DNA of 64,000 nucleotides from Octopus vulgaris (GCA_951406725.2 OX597817.1:71424001-71488000), one strand, 5' to 3'; positions 13,134 to 26,353 are shown, counted from the stretch's first letter. Notes: generated by a model from the sequence alone, not told the origin. Numbers and translations: made by a program.

Positions 13134-13819
13134 AATGCATTAACATAACCGTTGGCAGCAACAGTAGTATACAAAATAATACATAAAACAGAATAATATG
13201 AGCAAAACGCTACTATCGTCACTATCACCCCTTCCACCACCACGGCCGCCGCCGTCGCCATCATCACTTCCACCACCGCCACCACCACCAATAATGATCA
13301 TTTCTATTCTAGACACAAGGCTCGAAATGTTGGGGGTGGAGAGCAGGCGATTAGATCGACCTCAGTACGCAACTGGTACTTAATTTATCGATTTCCGAAA
13401 GGTTGAAAGGCAAAGTCGACCTCGGCGGAATTTAAATTCAACCACCACCAATGATAATAAACATCACCATTACAAGCTCTGTGAATTCGTTCGACTTGCT
13501 AGAAATAGCAAACAAATCTCACTCAAATCGAACCCTACTGTCTAAAGAGGAGACAGTAAGGCCGGACCAATGCTACTTTCACTATCAGCATAGCCACCAC
13601 CACCACCTCACAGCCACAGCTACAATCACCCCCCACCCCCACCACCGCCGCCGCCGCCGCCACAGTACCACTATAATCACTGCCACAATCACTATAACCA
13701 CTACCACAACCACAACCACAACCACTAGCAGTGCCGACACCATCACCATCATTGCTATTAACAGCTGATGATGTAGCTTTCATGAATAACAGCGACAACA
13801 GCAATGCTCTGAGACATAC

Positions 13820-14237
13820 CTATTTCTTTACTACCCACAAGGGGCCAAACACAGAGAGGACAAACAAGGACAGACAAACTGTTTAATCGATTATATCGAC
13901 CCCAGTGATTTACTGGTACTTATTTAATCGACCCCGAAAGGATGAAAGGCAAAGTCGACCTCGGCGGAATTTTAACTCAGAACGTAGCGGCAGACAAAAT
14001 ACCTATTTCTTTATTACCCACAATGGGCTAAACATAGAGGGGACAAACATGGACAGACATAGGTATTAAGTCGATTATATTGACCCCAGAGCTTAACTGG
14101 TACTTAATTTATCGACCCCGAAATGATGAAAGGCAAAGTCGACCTCGGTGGAATTTGAACTCAGAACGTAGTGGCAGACGAAATACTGCTAAGCATTTCG
14201 CCCGGCGTGCTAGCGATTCTGCCAGCTCGCCGCCTTA
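13820..14237 (-). mobile_element. Tandem pair of SINE family A copies
   Basis: Two consecutive reverse-complement copies of the 11252 element (13820-14000 partial, 14002-14237 full). Confidence 0.85.
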
Positions 14238-14410
14238 GACTCATACCGACTGATCCAGTCGGTCAGCGAACATTAAAACGGAAGTCTTTTGTATTAACAT
14301 TTGCACACACGTGTAAATACATGTATGCTTGGAATCATGTAAGCATTCTCTGACTGGTGTTTACACTGTTGTATGAAAATTCAGTCGAATCATGCAGACG
14401 GCTGCTACTA

Positions 14411-15277
14411 CGAGGTGGTATCAAAAAGTACCCGGACCAGTTTTGTAGCGCGCCAACAGATAGTAACTCACTGTTGCGTGCGTAGTGAGAGCTAGCAGTG
14501 ACCTTCATGAGAGCGCTGTGATTACTTCGCGAGTTGCGAAATTTGTGCTTTTGTGATCACGTGCATGCTGTAGTCTGCGATTTTTTGTTTATGGACAGGA
14601 AGTTGGAACAAAGAGCCAACGTAAAATTTTGCGTTAAACTTGGGAAGTCTGCTACAGAGACATTGGGCATGCTATGGCAAGTTTACAGCGACGAGGCAAT
14701 GGATCGTACGCAATTTCGAGTGGCACGGGCGCTTTAAAGGGCACGACAGAGCCGCAGCTCAATCAGGAGCATGCTCATCGTCTTTGTTGATGTCTGCGGT
14801 ATTATGCACCGATAATTCGTTCCCCGGGGCCAGACCGTCAGTTGAGAGTTCGTTGCCCAGGACAAGACCGTCAGTTGAGAGTTCGTTCCCCAGGGCAAGA
14901 CCGTCAGTTGAGAGTTCTGCAGCGACGTTTTGATTTGAGGGAAGACATTCGACGAAAGCAATCGGATCTGTGGAGTGCGAAGAATTGGATTCTTCACAAC
15001 GACAATGCACCCTGTCACCGAGCTCTCCTCACTCGTGAGTTTCTCGCCAAATAGTACCGCTTCCGTACCCATCCTATTCACCAGATATAACATCTGCAAA
15101 CTTCCGTCTATTCCTCAAGATGAAAATGCAGCTCAAATGTTGCCGTTTTAAGGCTGGATTCCAAAAGTGGCAGGAACGCTGGAACCAGTGTATTGCTGCG
15201 CAAAGTGACTATTCGGAAGGAAATGATGTTAAAACTTACGTGAATAATTTATATTAAACATAATTAGTCTGGGTACC
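14411..15277 (+). mobile_element. Internally deleted mariner of the same family as 7656, with an internal 33-bp x3 tandem (14821-14919)
   Basis: TA + CGAGGTGGTATCAAAAAGTACCCGG; MDRKLEQRANVKFCVKLGKSATET; WILHNDNAPCH; unit CCCCGGGGCCAGACCGTCAGTTGAGAGTTCGT repeated three times. Confidence 0.85.
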
Positions 15278-15279
15278 AG

Positions 15280-15790
15280 AATGTCCACAAGAAATATTTC
15301 AGAAGACTGGATACTCTAGAAACATATTCTAGAAACATATTGACCGAGTCCAAGAAAACCTGTGCGATCAGCAAGTTGTTAGCTTAAAAATTTCAAAATT
15401 AAGCGTCCGTCGCGTTTTGAGGCACAGTCATTAGAAATGTTACATTCCAAGAACAGTCTTAGCTCTCAATGAAGATGACCCGAACTGAAAAGTAGAATTT
15501 TGTGAGCAGTTCTTGGAAAGATGTTTAGAAGATACACGCTTTCCAACAAAGAGTGTTTGCAGTGATGAGGCTACGATGAAATTACATGGCTCAATTAACA
15601 ACTTCCACAGTTGCATCTACTGCAGATCTGGAAATCAGCATATTACGAAGGAACATCGTGTTAATTTCATCAGGAGTTATAGTATGGTGCAGCTTATCAA
15701 AAAGATTAATATGACGGTTATCTTCAAGTCTTCGGGAAACGTATCCATGCATAGTTTTTTTTTTTTTTTGTATGGTGAGCATTTCACATT
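15280..15790 (+). mobile_element. Decayed Tc1/mariner-superfamily transposase fragment
   Basis: FPTKSVCSDEATMKLHGSINN..C.YC.SGN.H resembles the F.DEA.F.L.G.VN..N.R.W...NPH first-D motif. Confidence 0.6.
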
Positions 15791-15794
15791 AAAA

Positions 15795-16320
15795 GTCTTT
15801 GAGGTATGTTAGCTCAGCTGTTTTGGGGTTGTATGTAAGTTCATCAGAAAGAGAGTATTTCCTGAGGAGCTCACTGTCGACACGTAGTATGTTGTTCTCT
15901 ACAATTTTCAGCACAAGGTCTGTATATTTATTTTTGCTGCTTTTGTTTAGTAAGTACTGTCTGAGAGAGGCTATACGACATTCAAATGCTGTCTATACTA
16001 ATCTCAAGCTTCTGCTTCCTTCAACTCTTCATAAGTAGAGCCTATTGATGATACTGTTTCTGTGGAAATTTCAAGTTGATGTCAAGATTTTGCGTAATTT
16101 AATATCTAAGGAGTGAATTTCGTCTACAGACCAGTTAAGTGTCCTAAATGTTGGGATCAGCACTGGTATTACAAATGCATTGTGGGATATTCTCTGTTGT
16201 AAGAGTAGAGTTCCGACTGCCATATTTTCCGAATTCCGGTGAGATATTCTCGAGTCACTCTATTTTCATTCACAGCACCTTCGTATAACGTTTTTATCAG
16301 CGCCAAGGTATTTTTATCAT
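15795..16320 (-). mobile_element. R4/Dong-type LINE RT fragment
   Basis: YLTGIRKIWQSELYSYN..HNAF.IPVLIPTF..WS.DEI..LDIK.RKIL..NFH.NS..RL, with frameshifts. Confidence 0.65.
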
Positions 16321-16343
16321 TCTTATGTATGTATGTATGTATG

Positions 16344-16374
<31 letters not shown>

Positions 16375-16445
16375 GAATGAATGTATGTATGAATGCATGC
16401 ATACATGTATGTATGTATTTATGTATGTATGTATTTATGCATATG

Positions 16446-16479
<34 letters not shown>

Positions 16480-16971
16480 TGTATGTATGTATGTATGTAC
16501 GGATGGATGGATGGATGGATGGATGGATGGATGGATGGATGGATGGAATGGATGGGGAAATAGATGGAAGAACGGATAAATGGATGGATCGGAATTAACT
16601 GATTTCAACGGTGAGTATTGAAATGTTTAACAAAGCAAGCTACCTAATCATTGACTTAGATTGTAAGGAGATGAACAATCCACTGACAAGCAACCCATTC
16701 TCGTAAGTCTCATGAAAAAAAGTACGTGCCTTTGACCGTGACAAGGTTAGACCTTTCATTTAGATGTAAAATCCATCTCTACGATCTCCAAGCCATTTCC
16801 GTTTTTTCGGTTTCAGTCAGAAGGGTTCGTTTGACCCAAGCCTGTAGTAAAAAGACACCCGGTTAAAATGTCACGCAATGAGACCGAACTCGGGACCTCG
16901 CGATTGCGAAGCGAACTTGTGAGCTTCTTATCAAACCAACCATGACGCTTCTTTTGTCTCTCTCTCCCCCA

Positions 16972-17032
<61 letters not shown>

Positions 17033-17550
17033 ACACTTTCGTTTATGCTTAAATGCACGCAAACACTCCCGTACATGCGTACACATATATAGACCCATAC
17101 ATATAAATACATTTTCAGACAAAGGGGAGAAAGTGAGTGACAGAGAGAAAGGAAGACCTCGATTAACCTAAAAATCTACAGCATGCTGTATTTCCTGCTA
17201 ATTCAAAAGATTCTTTGTTTTCTACGTAATTTATTTCCTAAAACATTGGCATCAATATCAAAGAAGACGCCAGAAATCTTAACTAATAATTAAATCTAAT
17301 ATTAAAGTTTAAATTAGCTTAATGAATATGATTTTATTAAATTATATCCCACCAATGCCATGACCACCTCCATTGCCGCGACCAGCCACCTACTATCAAC
17401 ATTACAATAGACTGAAATACATGAATATAGATCGTAGTTAATTCATAAATTTTCACCATATAAACTATGCAGTATACATATACATACATGTGTGTGTGTG
17501 TGTGTGTTTGTGTGTGTGTGCGTCCATGACTCTAAGATGTCGTTACATTT

Positions 17551-17626
<76 letters not shown>

Positions 17627-17783
17627 TGTTGTGTCTGGGGAGATTAATTCTCTTCTAGTGTCTTATAATTTAACACACTCACCGATAAAATTTTCACTCA
17701 TTTACTTATTTAGAGGAAATTTTATCGGTGAGTGTGTCAAATTATAAGGCACTAAAAGAGAATGACTCTCCCCAGATACAACA
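17627..17783. mobile_element. Palindromic (hairpin) MITE-like element
   Basis: ~68-bp inverted arms TGTTGTGTCTGGGGAGATTAATTCTC..CACCGATAAAATT / AATTTTATCGGTG..GAGAATGACTCTCCCCAGATACAACA with about 5-6 mismatches and a ~20-nt loop, in a TA-rich context. Confidence 0.8.
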
Positions 17784-17888
17784 TAATATACTTTAATACA
17801 CGCACTCACATAATGAATCTTGCAAACTAAGATATATATATATGCATGTATGTATGTATGTATGTATGTATGTATGTATGTATGTATG

Positions 17889-17919
<31 letters not shown>

Positions 17920-18021
17920 GTATGTATGTATGTATATATATATATATATGTATATATATGTGTATATATATATATATATACATACATACATACATACATA
18001 CATACATACATAATATATATA

Positions 18022-18077
<56 letters not shown>

Positions 18078-18276
18078 AATCCCAAAAAGAAGAACAAACT
18101 AAAAAAACAATAATAACGCGAGGTCGTGATACAGGTAAAGTATTAGAAGAAAGCTAAGGGGAGGAAAGAAAGATGGCTTAACGTTTCGAGCAAACGGTCT
18201 TCTTCTGAAACAGAGGAAAATCCAATAGAAAGGAAGACAGAGGGAGAAAATCACCAACGACTCACATGTTACATTT

Positions 18277-18311
<35 letters not shown>

Positions 18312-18429
18312 AACGCATGAAACTCTTGGCCCTTGAGTCACTCTGTTGTTTCTGTTAAGTATTAATAAAATATGTGTGTGTGTGTGTGTGTGTGTGCATA
18401 AATGTATGTGTACAAAGGAAGGAAAGAAC

Positions 18430-18600
18430 ACTCAGCACATTGTGAGTAGAATTTATACTTGTAGGTTAAAAAAATAGAACGGCGTTGCAGGCTATGCCTG
18501 TCTGAGAAAGCAATCCACAGTGTTCCTTTCTGATAAATCGGAAGCAAATTTAAATTACCGTGACAGATGGACATTTCTACAACGTCATTTTCAAGCGATT
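18430..18600 (+). mobile_element. Penelope-like relic (C-terminal motif)
   Basis: Translates ..RRCRLCLSEKAI.. followed by LNYR, the C.LCL.EK...LN.R signature. Confidence 0.5.
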
Positions 18601-19316
18601 GACTCTGAAAATAATGCTAGACAAAACCATGAAGAAAATCCTTTGCTAACGAAAATAACTATCGGCTGTCTTGCTTCCATTCTATTATTTTAATGTTATA
18701 TTCTTATAATGTCATTACCTTCTGGTTAGTCTCTGTATTGAGTATACTATCAATGAGAGTGAAACATACTAATAAACAAAAAAGAACTTACGTTTCAAGT
18801 TGCATACGGCTAAAGTCTCATTCATATTAGACTCCCGAATGACTAAAGACGTGGTTTGCTGGTCGATGAAAGTCCAAGTAAAGGACATTTTGTCAGCAAC
18901 TCTTTATTTACAAATACATATACATAGATTCATACATGAATACACACTCGTTGGTTTTAACACACATGTATGCATGATGTGAGTTCAAGTCTCAAACGTC
19001 ACCTTCGATTTTTTCTATCCAAAGGGGTTTTTTAACCCAACATTTACACGCTACTATCAATAACTTTTTCTGCTTCGAGTTTCACCGTTTTCAAAAGAAT
19101 TATTTCACGCTCTCTGGAAGTTTCTAAACTTGGAAAGATTATTGATACATAATGGAGGTGTACTTTCATTGTATCCGTTTTAAAATTTTGCATGTTACTT
19201 TTAATTGATAATCTAAATCAGACTGATAGTATCAATATTATGTGATAACATATACGGTATATAATTCTCACAATAACAAAAAATACAATGCATCTTGTTT
19301 TTCTATTTCTTATTAG

Positions 19317-19541
19317 GTTATTGCTTATAGGCCTCAGTACAAAGGGCAGAAAGCAGCATATAAGCAAGCTTGCCGACGCATGCGCAGAGAAGGTGAATTC
19401 TGCATGCCTGAAGATGCACTTCATATTTGTCCATGCAATAAAGGGTTTGAATGTCAAGCAGAAGAAGAAATGGACTATGGCCACTGTCGAAGAATCAAGA
19501 AACCAGAAAATGATGCTGATGTTCTCGGATTTCGAGTGTGA
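19317..19541 (+). CDS. Terminal coding exon of a prokineticin/AVIT/astakine-like (colipase-fold) cysteine-rich peptide
   Basis: Acceptor TTGTTTTTCTATTTCTTATTAG at 19316. Phase-0 frame VIAYRPQYKGQKAAYKQACRRMRREGEFCMPEDALHICPCNKGFECQAEEEMDYGHCRRIKKPENDADVLGFRV*. Cys spacing C-x9-C-x8-CPC-x5-C-x10-C with REGE.C, as in prokineticin Cys5-Cys10. AATAAA lies 100 nt downstream. Confidence 0.8.
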   Translation, partial: VIAYRPQYKGQKAAYKQACRRMRREGEFCMPEDALHICPCNKGFECQAEEEMDYGHCRRIKKPENDADVLGFRV

Positions 19542-19641
19542 TTTTATGAAATGATGTTTTTTTTCTTTTTCATTCCATGTTTTTTCAAAAAATATTTTGT
19601 ATTCTTTTCTATTACAACTTTTTATCTTTCTTTATATTTGA

Positions 19642-19647
19642 AATAAA
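19642..19647 (+). promoter_or_regulatory. Putative polyadenylation signal of the prokineticin-like gene
   Basis: First AATAAA after the stop, in a U-rich 3' UTR context. Confidence 0.5.
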
Positions 19648-19779
19648 ACTATTTATCTAGTAGTACCTAATATATTTCTGCAGGATTATGGAAGAAAAGA
19701 AAATTAAAACTTGAAAATTGTTTTATATTTAATCCCTCAAACAATTATCTTCTCCCATCGTTACCTTTAATAGACCTAT

Positions 19780-19807
19780 ATGTATGTGTGTATACTCTCT
19801 CTCGTTT

Positions 19808-19888
<81 letters not shown>

Positions 19889-19908
19889 TGTATGTATGTA
19901 TATGTATG

Positions 19909-19956
<48 letters not shown>

Positions 19957-20170
19957 TACAGATACATACATATAAAACAAATACGCATGTATATCTAATA
20001 TACAGTAATAGATAAGTGAAATAGTATGATATATGTGTGTATGCATACAAGCATACACACATACCTACCTACCTATATTCATACCCTAAATACATGTATA
20101 TTATATATAACGTAAATGTATAATAAATATACATTTATGCGTTATGTAATTTATGCAGATGTAACATGTA

Positions 20171-20262
<92 letters not shown>

Positions 20263-20344
20263 CATACATACATACATACATACACATACATACAGACAGA
20301 CATACATACATACATACATACATACATACACACACACACATACA

Positions 20345-20443
<99 letters not shown>

Positions 20444-21285
20444 TTTACCTTTAATTAGTATTTTTACATATTTTCGTAGGCGATCCCTCCTCAACAAACA
20501 CGATGCATAGTGAAAACTTATTTATAACAATACCTAATGCTAAAATGAACACACCACACAACTATATACACCAGTTTAGGGTTTGCCAGTTTAATGTTAG
20601 GGGTTACAAGCGAAATATACGATCGTCATACAGATCTTACGTTCATATTTCGATAACGTTTCAATTAGAATTGACGACGTCGAAACAGATTCGAGCCATA
20701 AACTCTACAAAAATTACCTTTGCCTATGAATAAGATGGTGCAATTATCTCACACCCACAACGCCTCTTATGCTGGCGATGGGGCTATGACAGTCTATATA
20801 TGTTGGTGATAATGCTGAGGATGATAATAATGATAAGGATGAATTTAGAAGGGACTCATGTGCAAGAACTAAACAAAAAAGAAATCAGTTAAAACTGGAA
20901 CATATTTGTTTTCAGTAAAACATTACGTATACATACCCACCTGCATAACTACCTACCTACCAACCTATCTACCGACCTACCTACCTACATACATACATAC
21001 ATACATACATACATACATACATACATACATACATACATACATACATACATACATACATACAAACATAGTTCCATAAATACATATAAGAATATCTGTGCGT
21101 ATGTACATATATATATACATATATATACCTATATATGGACATTTATATGTATATATATGCATGCATAACACATTTCCTATCTTATGGACACACATATACG
21201 TATACATATATAGTTATCTATCGATCAATATATATATATATTAATTATATTATTATATGATTGAACGCCACGCATCCTCTTTCAA

Positions 21286-21329
<44 letters not shown>

Positions 21330-21390
21330 AAGTAATTTATTTTACTAAGCCCTTTATAAAATATAAATATATATATATATATATATATGA
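19780..21390. repeat. Compound (TA)n/(TATG)n/(TACA)n/(CTAC)n microsatellite fields
   Basis: Directly visible. Confidence 0.9.
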
Positions 21391-21595
21391 TTTTATCAAG
21401 TAGCTACCATGCAAAACCTTTTCGGTATACATTAATACAAAGTACAAAGTATATAATGTTATGATAAGGGCAACTACATGGTAGAGCCACATGCTAGAAG
21501 AAGATGTCAAATGACTCTAAAACTACTTTATTTATCACATAGACACGCGCTTGAAGTGAGGGAAATGAACGAAATAGATTTTTTTTAAACATTTA

Positions 21596-21656
21596 GCCAT
21601 AGATCAATTGATTTCTAGTTCAGAGGTATACCTTCCTTTACCGTCATCAGTATGGC
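21596..21656 (-). ncRNA. Type I hammerhead ribozyme (Penelope-associated style, palindromic stem III)
   Basis: - strand GCCATA-CTGATGA-cggtaaaggaaggtatacctctgaacta-GAAA-TCAATTGA-TC-TATGGC: perfect 6-bp stem I, intact core, AUC cleavage triplet, imperfect stem II. Confidence 0.7.
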
Positions 21657-24322
21657 GTAACTGAATGTACATAATTATAAACATTTAAGCATACCATACG
21701 AACACAAACGTATTCCCAGTGCATTTACAAATGTTCACACTTATATACATTGTTTAAATTTAGATCGCTCATCTCAGCCACGTATGAGTAACCAAAATAA
21801 TTCAGCAGTGAATAAATTGATTTAAGTAAATTCATAATTATTACAATAATCAAGGATAAAATCTATATAACTTTTTGGTTATCTCACCCCCCATTAAAAA
21901 ACTGCCATTAAAAAATTGGGTTATCTCCCCACTAGAAAGTCGAGTTAATGTGGCGACGAGAGGTTGGATTAAAAGAGTTAGATTCTTTTTATTCTGGCCT
22001 CCTCAATAGGCATGGTATGATTTGTTATAAAAATGATATCAGATTCAAGATGTTTAATTTTTTCAGTTTTCATGTTTATTAATTTTTCATTTCTTTTTTT
22101 TTTTTTTGCTTTATTGAGGGTTAAACGATTTTTATATAAACAAAATTCATTTTGCGGACTGACAGATGTCAGTCCGCTTTTTAATGGGGGTAAAGATAAC
22201 CAAAAAGTACCCCTTTTGGCATAAATTAATACAGAGTATATAATTTTTTTAATAATAATTATAAGGGAAACTACATGGTAGGGCCACATGTTAAAAGATG
22301 TCAAATGACACTAAACCTACTTTATTTATCACGTAGATTTATACGTGTCTACATATACAATTAAAGAAATTGGAGTCAATAGGGAATAGGGTTCGACAGT
22401 TATGTTTTAATCACTACAATTGTTTCCACCCAGTTTTTTTCCAATTTTATATTCACACGCGACGAATACCCAAACATAACCCCGTAAGTATATAATAATG
22501 CTACTGTATAGTATTGGATAATTCTGAGAGTGGACGAGCTCTATACGGTACTCTGCCACGTTCCTAACGGAATATACCATAACATATATATATATATATA
22601 TATATATTCATAGCAGTGCTCCAGCATAGCCACAGTCAAATGACTGAAAGAAGTAAAAGAATATAGAACATACATACATATATACATACATACGTACATA
22701 CATACATTAAAATTCGTAAAATACGGTTTGTGTTCCAACAGAGCACTTATTGAAAGGAAAGAAAAGTGTGCCGGAAGGATATGGCATGTATGCGTATGCA
22801 TCTAACTGCTCGTGTTATTCTCAGTGTGCATATAAAATCTGGACAAGATATGCCTTCATGCTATAAAGTAAGACGTGTTCTGGCATTTTGGAGCAGTGTA
22901 TCCTCAGTTATTGACAGATGGGCTCAACTCAAACATCTCTACTTACCTCTCCTCAAGGCATATCGGTTTATCTATGTTTCAGATTTATTAATGAAATAGC
23001 ATCTTAATTCTGACAACCTTCCAACTCACTGGACCTTACATAACGCCCACATGACAATGTTGACTAGACTGGTGTATAACCAACTGAATCCCTAAGCTCA
23101 GCCCAATATGGCACGTTCTCAGTTCTTCCACATTTAACCGACAAAACATTAAAATATAAGTGTCCAATGTTAAAGAACAGATTTTAAAATTTAGTTTTCT
23201 TCCGGACCATCCTTCTGGCCAAACCTCACAACAATATTATTTATTCATTATCTATTTATTTATTTATATTATTCAATTTAAACGTCTTTGAAATGCTGGT
23301 AAGCTATGACGGACTGAAAAAGGTATAGAATACCTTACATATATATATAAAGCAAAAAAAAAAAAATGAGTGAAAAGAATGGGAAATGCTGATAAAGTAC
23401 AGTTATGTACGAATATATGTGTTGTTAAATCTTTTTGTTGCCTCCATGAATTGGAAGTTCTTATTACAGTTGTTGGATCTTAAAAAATATATTGAGCCTC
23501 CAGTTTTGGTGGGTGTCATTTTACGACCAAATTTAAAATGTCCTCTCTTTCACGAGTGGTAAATTTTGCAAAGAAACAAACAATATCATGAAATATAACT
23601 TGTTTTTAATTGTATCTATTTTACCCTAAATGGTAGTGATATGGGTAAATTATTTACTTATAATGAAGGCAACATGAAAAAAATGCAACGTTTTTTTCAA
23701 TTTTCGATGTTTTAATCATTAAATTGACGGAAAAAAGTTATTCTCTTCCATTTGCACTTTGGTAAATCTGACAATGAAAACAGTTCTGTGGTGCTGCCTT
23801 TCCTCTGGTGCCCTTAGTATGTGTTTATATTATTTAATGTGTTTTTTTTTATTGTTTAATCAGGGAGGGAAGGGCAGCCCCAATGACCATTTTTTTTCAC
23901 GACCTTAGACACTCAGAGACTGATCGAAGGTAGAAAGACAGTTATCTTCAAACCAGAGACCTGGCTTGATTACTTGCAAGAAAATGAACTCCAATAAAAA
24001 GAAAGAAAAGGATGAGAGATCAAGCCTTCTACGGAAACACTCAGGATGCAAGAAATCCTGGGGAACAAAAACCACAAGATGTCTCATCTGATGCTCTACT
24101 AATTCCGTCACCCTCCCCACTCACTTTTACTGAAAGGTAAAGGTGATGTCAACAGAATTTGAACACAGAGCGAAGAAAGAAGAAAACCGAACATCTAAAT
24201 CCAATCCTGCAATCAGGTCATCGATTATAAGGAAATCTTGTTGGCTTTAATATATACACTATATTTCTTTCAGTTTATTTATTTGTTGTGGGCCTTATTT
24301 CTCTTCTCTCTCTCTCTCACGC

Positions 24323-24376
<54 letters not shown>

Positions 24377-24524
24377 TATGCGTGTGTGTTTGTATATATA
24401 TATGAGAAATTGTTACCAACGCCCTTTCAGTTTGATAGAAAGTAGAAATGCTGAACTCCAAGAAGCTAAATCATCTTCCAGTATCAAATCACTACAAAAA
24501 TCCATTGCTAATTTGTTGTTGTTG

Positions 24525-24582
<58 letters not shown>

Positions 24583-24585
<3 letters not shown>

Positions 24586-24758
24586 GGCGGCGAGATGGCT
24601 GAATCGTTAGTGCGCCGAGCGAAATGTTTAGTGGTATTTCATCTGTTTTTACGTTCTGAGTTTAAATTCCGCCGAGGTCGACTTTGCCTTTAATCCTTTC
24701 GGGATCTTTAAATTAAGTACCAGTGAAAAACTAGGGTCGATGTAATCGACTAGTACCC

Positions 24759-24760
<2 letters not shown>
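24583..24760 (+). mobile_element. SINE family A copy
   Basis: AAGGCGGCGAGATGGCTGAATCGTTAG..CCGAGGTCGACTTTGCCTT; further diverged copies at about 25490, 27580, 29730-30170, 48143(-), 48500(-) and 59655. Confidence 0.8.
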
Positions 24761-24789
<29 letters not shown>

Positions 24790-24791
<2 letters not shown>

Positions 24792-25330
24792 GTCAAGACG
24801 AAGAACGCAATTCGATACTGTCGAAATATCGTTCAGCCAATAAAATACTTATTACAATCGAATCGCGCTCTTCATCTTGACTGTTTACCTTTGTTACGCC
24901 AATTCTTTTAAAATTATTATTATTATTATTATTATTATTGTTATCATTATTATTATTCTCGCCGTCTTGACTCAAGATTGGTCTTATTCATGGTAGAACT
25001 TTTGTGATTAGCGGGTTACTCCCTATGACTTTAGATATCCATACGATTTCAATAAGATTTCAAGTATTCAAAGCCCTTTTAGTGGGTTTTCCTGTTCCTA
25101 AGAAGCAAACCTTCTGTAAAAGCTGTATAGGATATTCTATTTCAATCTTCTTTATCCATTTGTTTATTTCATCATCCACCACTTAAGTACAATTTTTACA
25201 GATTTCATGTTTTAAATCCTCGCATTCTAACATTTTATGGAATTGTAGCTTTTCAAATCTTTATCTGCTTTCTTCACTGTCCTGGAATCATATGGACACG
25301 ATAGATCAATAGGTATGCAAATTATTAATA
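24790..25330 (-). mobile_element. Decayed R4/Dong-type endonuclease-domain fragment
   Basis: - strand fragments with I.PIQLLQKVCFLGT resemble the REL C-terminal ..LQK..LLGT motif; flanked by (ATT)n tails. Confidence 0.45.
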
Positions 25331-25454
25331 TGCAAAATTATTATTATTGTTATTATTATTATTATTATCATTATTATTATTGGTTATTATTCTTACAATT
25401 TTGTTACAATTTCTTGCCGAGTGTCTTCCCGACTCCTAGGGCATAGAATTATTA

Positions 25455-25489
<35 letters not shown>

Positions 25490-26306
25490 GAAGGCAGCGA
25501 GTTGGCAGAATCATTAGCACGCCGGGTGAAAAGCATAACGGTAAATGCCACCGGGGTCGACTTTGCTTTTCATCCTTTCAGGATCGATAAATTAAGTACT
25601 AGTTACACACCTGAGTCGATGTAATCGACTGGTCCCTTCCCCAAAAATTTCAAGCCTTGTACCTATAGTAGAAAGGATTATTATTTTATTATTAACAACA
25701 ACAACAATAATAATGGTTTCTGATTTAGACACGAAGACAACATTTTTGAAGAGAGATAATTTGTCGATATCATAGTCTCCAGTGCATGTCTAGTTCTTCA
25801 TTTGATCGACTCCATAGAGATGAGAGGCAAAGTTGCTGGCCTTGTACCTAAATTAGAAACATTTATCTACGCTGACTCCGTAGATAATCCAGAGTTTATT
25901 TAGAAACAACCACCAAGTATCAAAGATCAATATGGTATTTTAAATGTTTCAATGGTTCGTGAGATGACTGCTCCATAGAATGGTTGATTAATCGATCAAG
26001 TATGTACACCATAGTGTGTAACGGATACATCTCACTGAATCATCTAAATAAAATATCATACGAATATAATTCTTCATTCTCTATTTGACTACAGTGGTAC
26101 TTTGTGATTAAAACACCGAATTATTAACCGGATATGTAATTTGCACCTGTCATATGGCATAAATAACCTAAACAGATTGTTCTATTCTTTAGTTGTACAT
26201 TAGCCGTGTTATTATATGAAATGCTTACCGAGGTATTCACCTGGATGTATTGAATAATTATTTTCCTTCATTATACACACACACACACATACATATACAC
26301 ACATAC

Positions 26307-26353
<47 letters not shown>

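Noticed and set aside
19288-19554. 88-aa ORF MHLVFLFLIRLLLIG.. with an apparent signal peptide
   Set aside because: Its hydrophobic start is the translated polypyrimidine tract; the meaningful frame is the overlapping cysteine-rich exon.
451-21207. Dozens of ORFs made of HT, YI, MYVC, CV and poly-M/D/T/V runs
   Set aside because: They are translations of (CA)n, (TA)n, (TACA)n and trinucleotide microsatellites, open in several frames on both strands.
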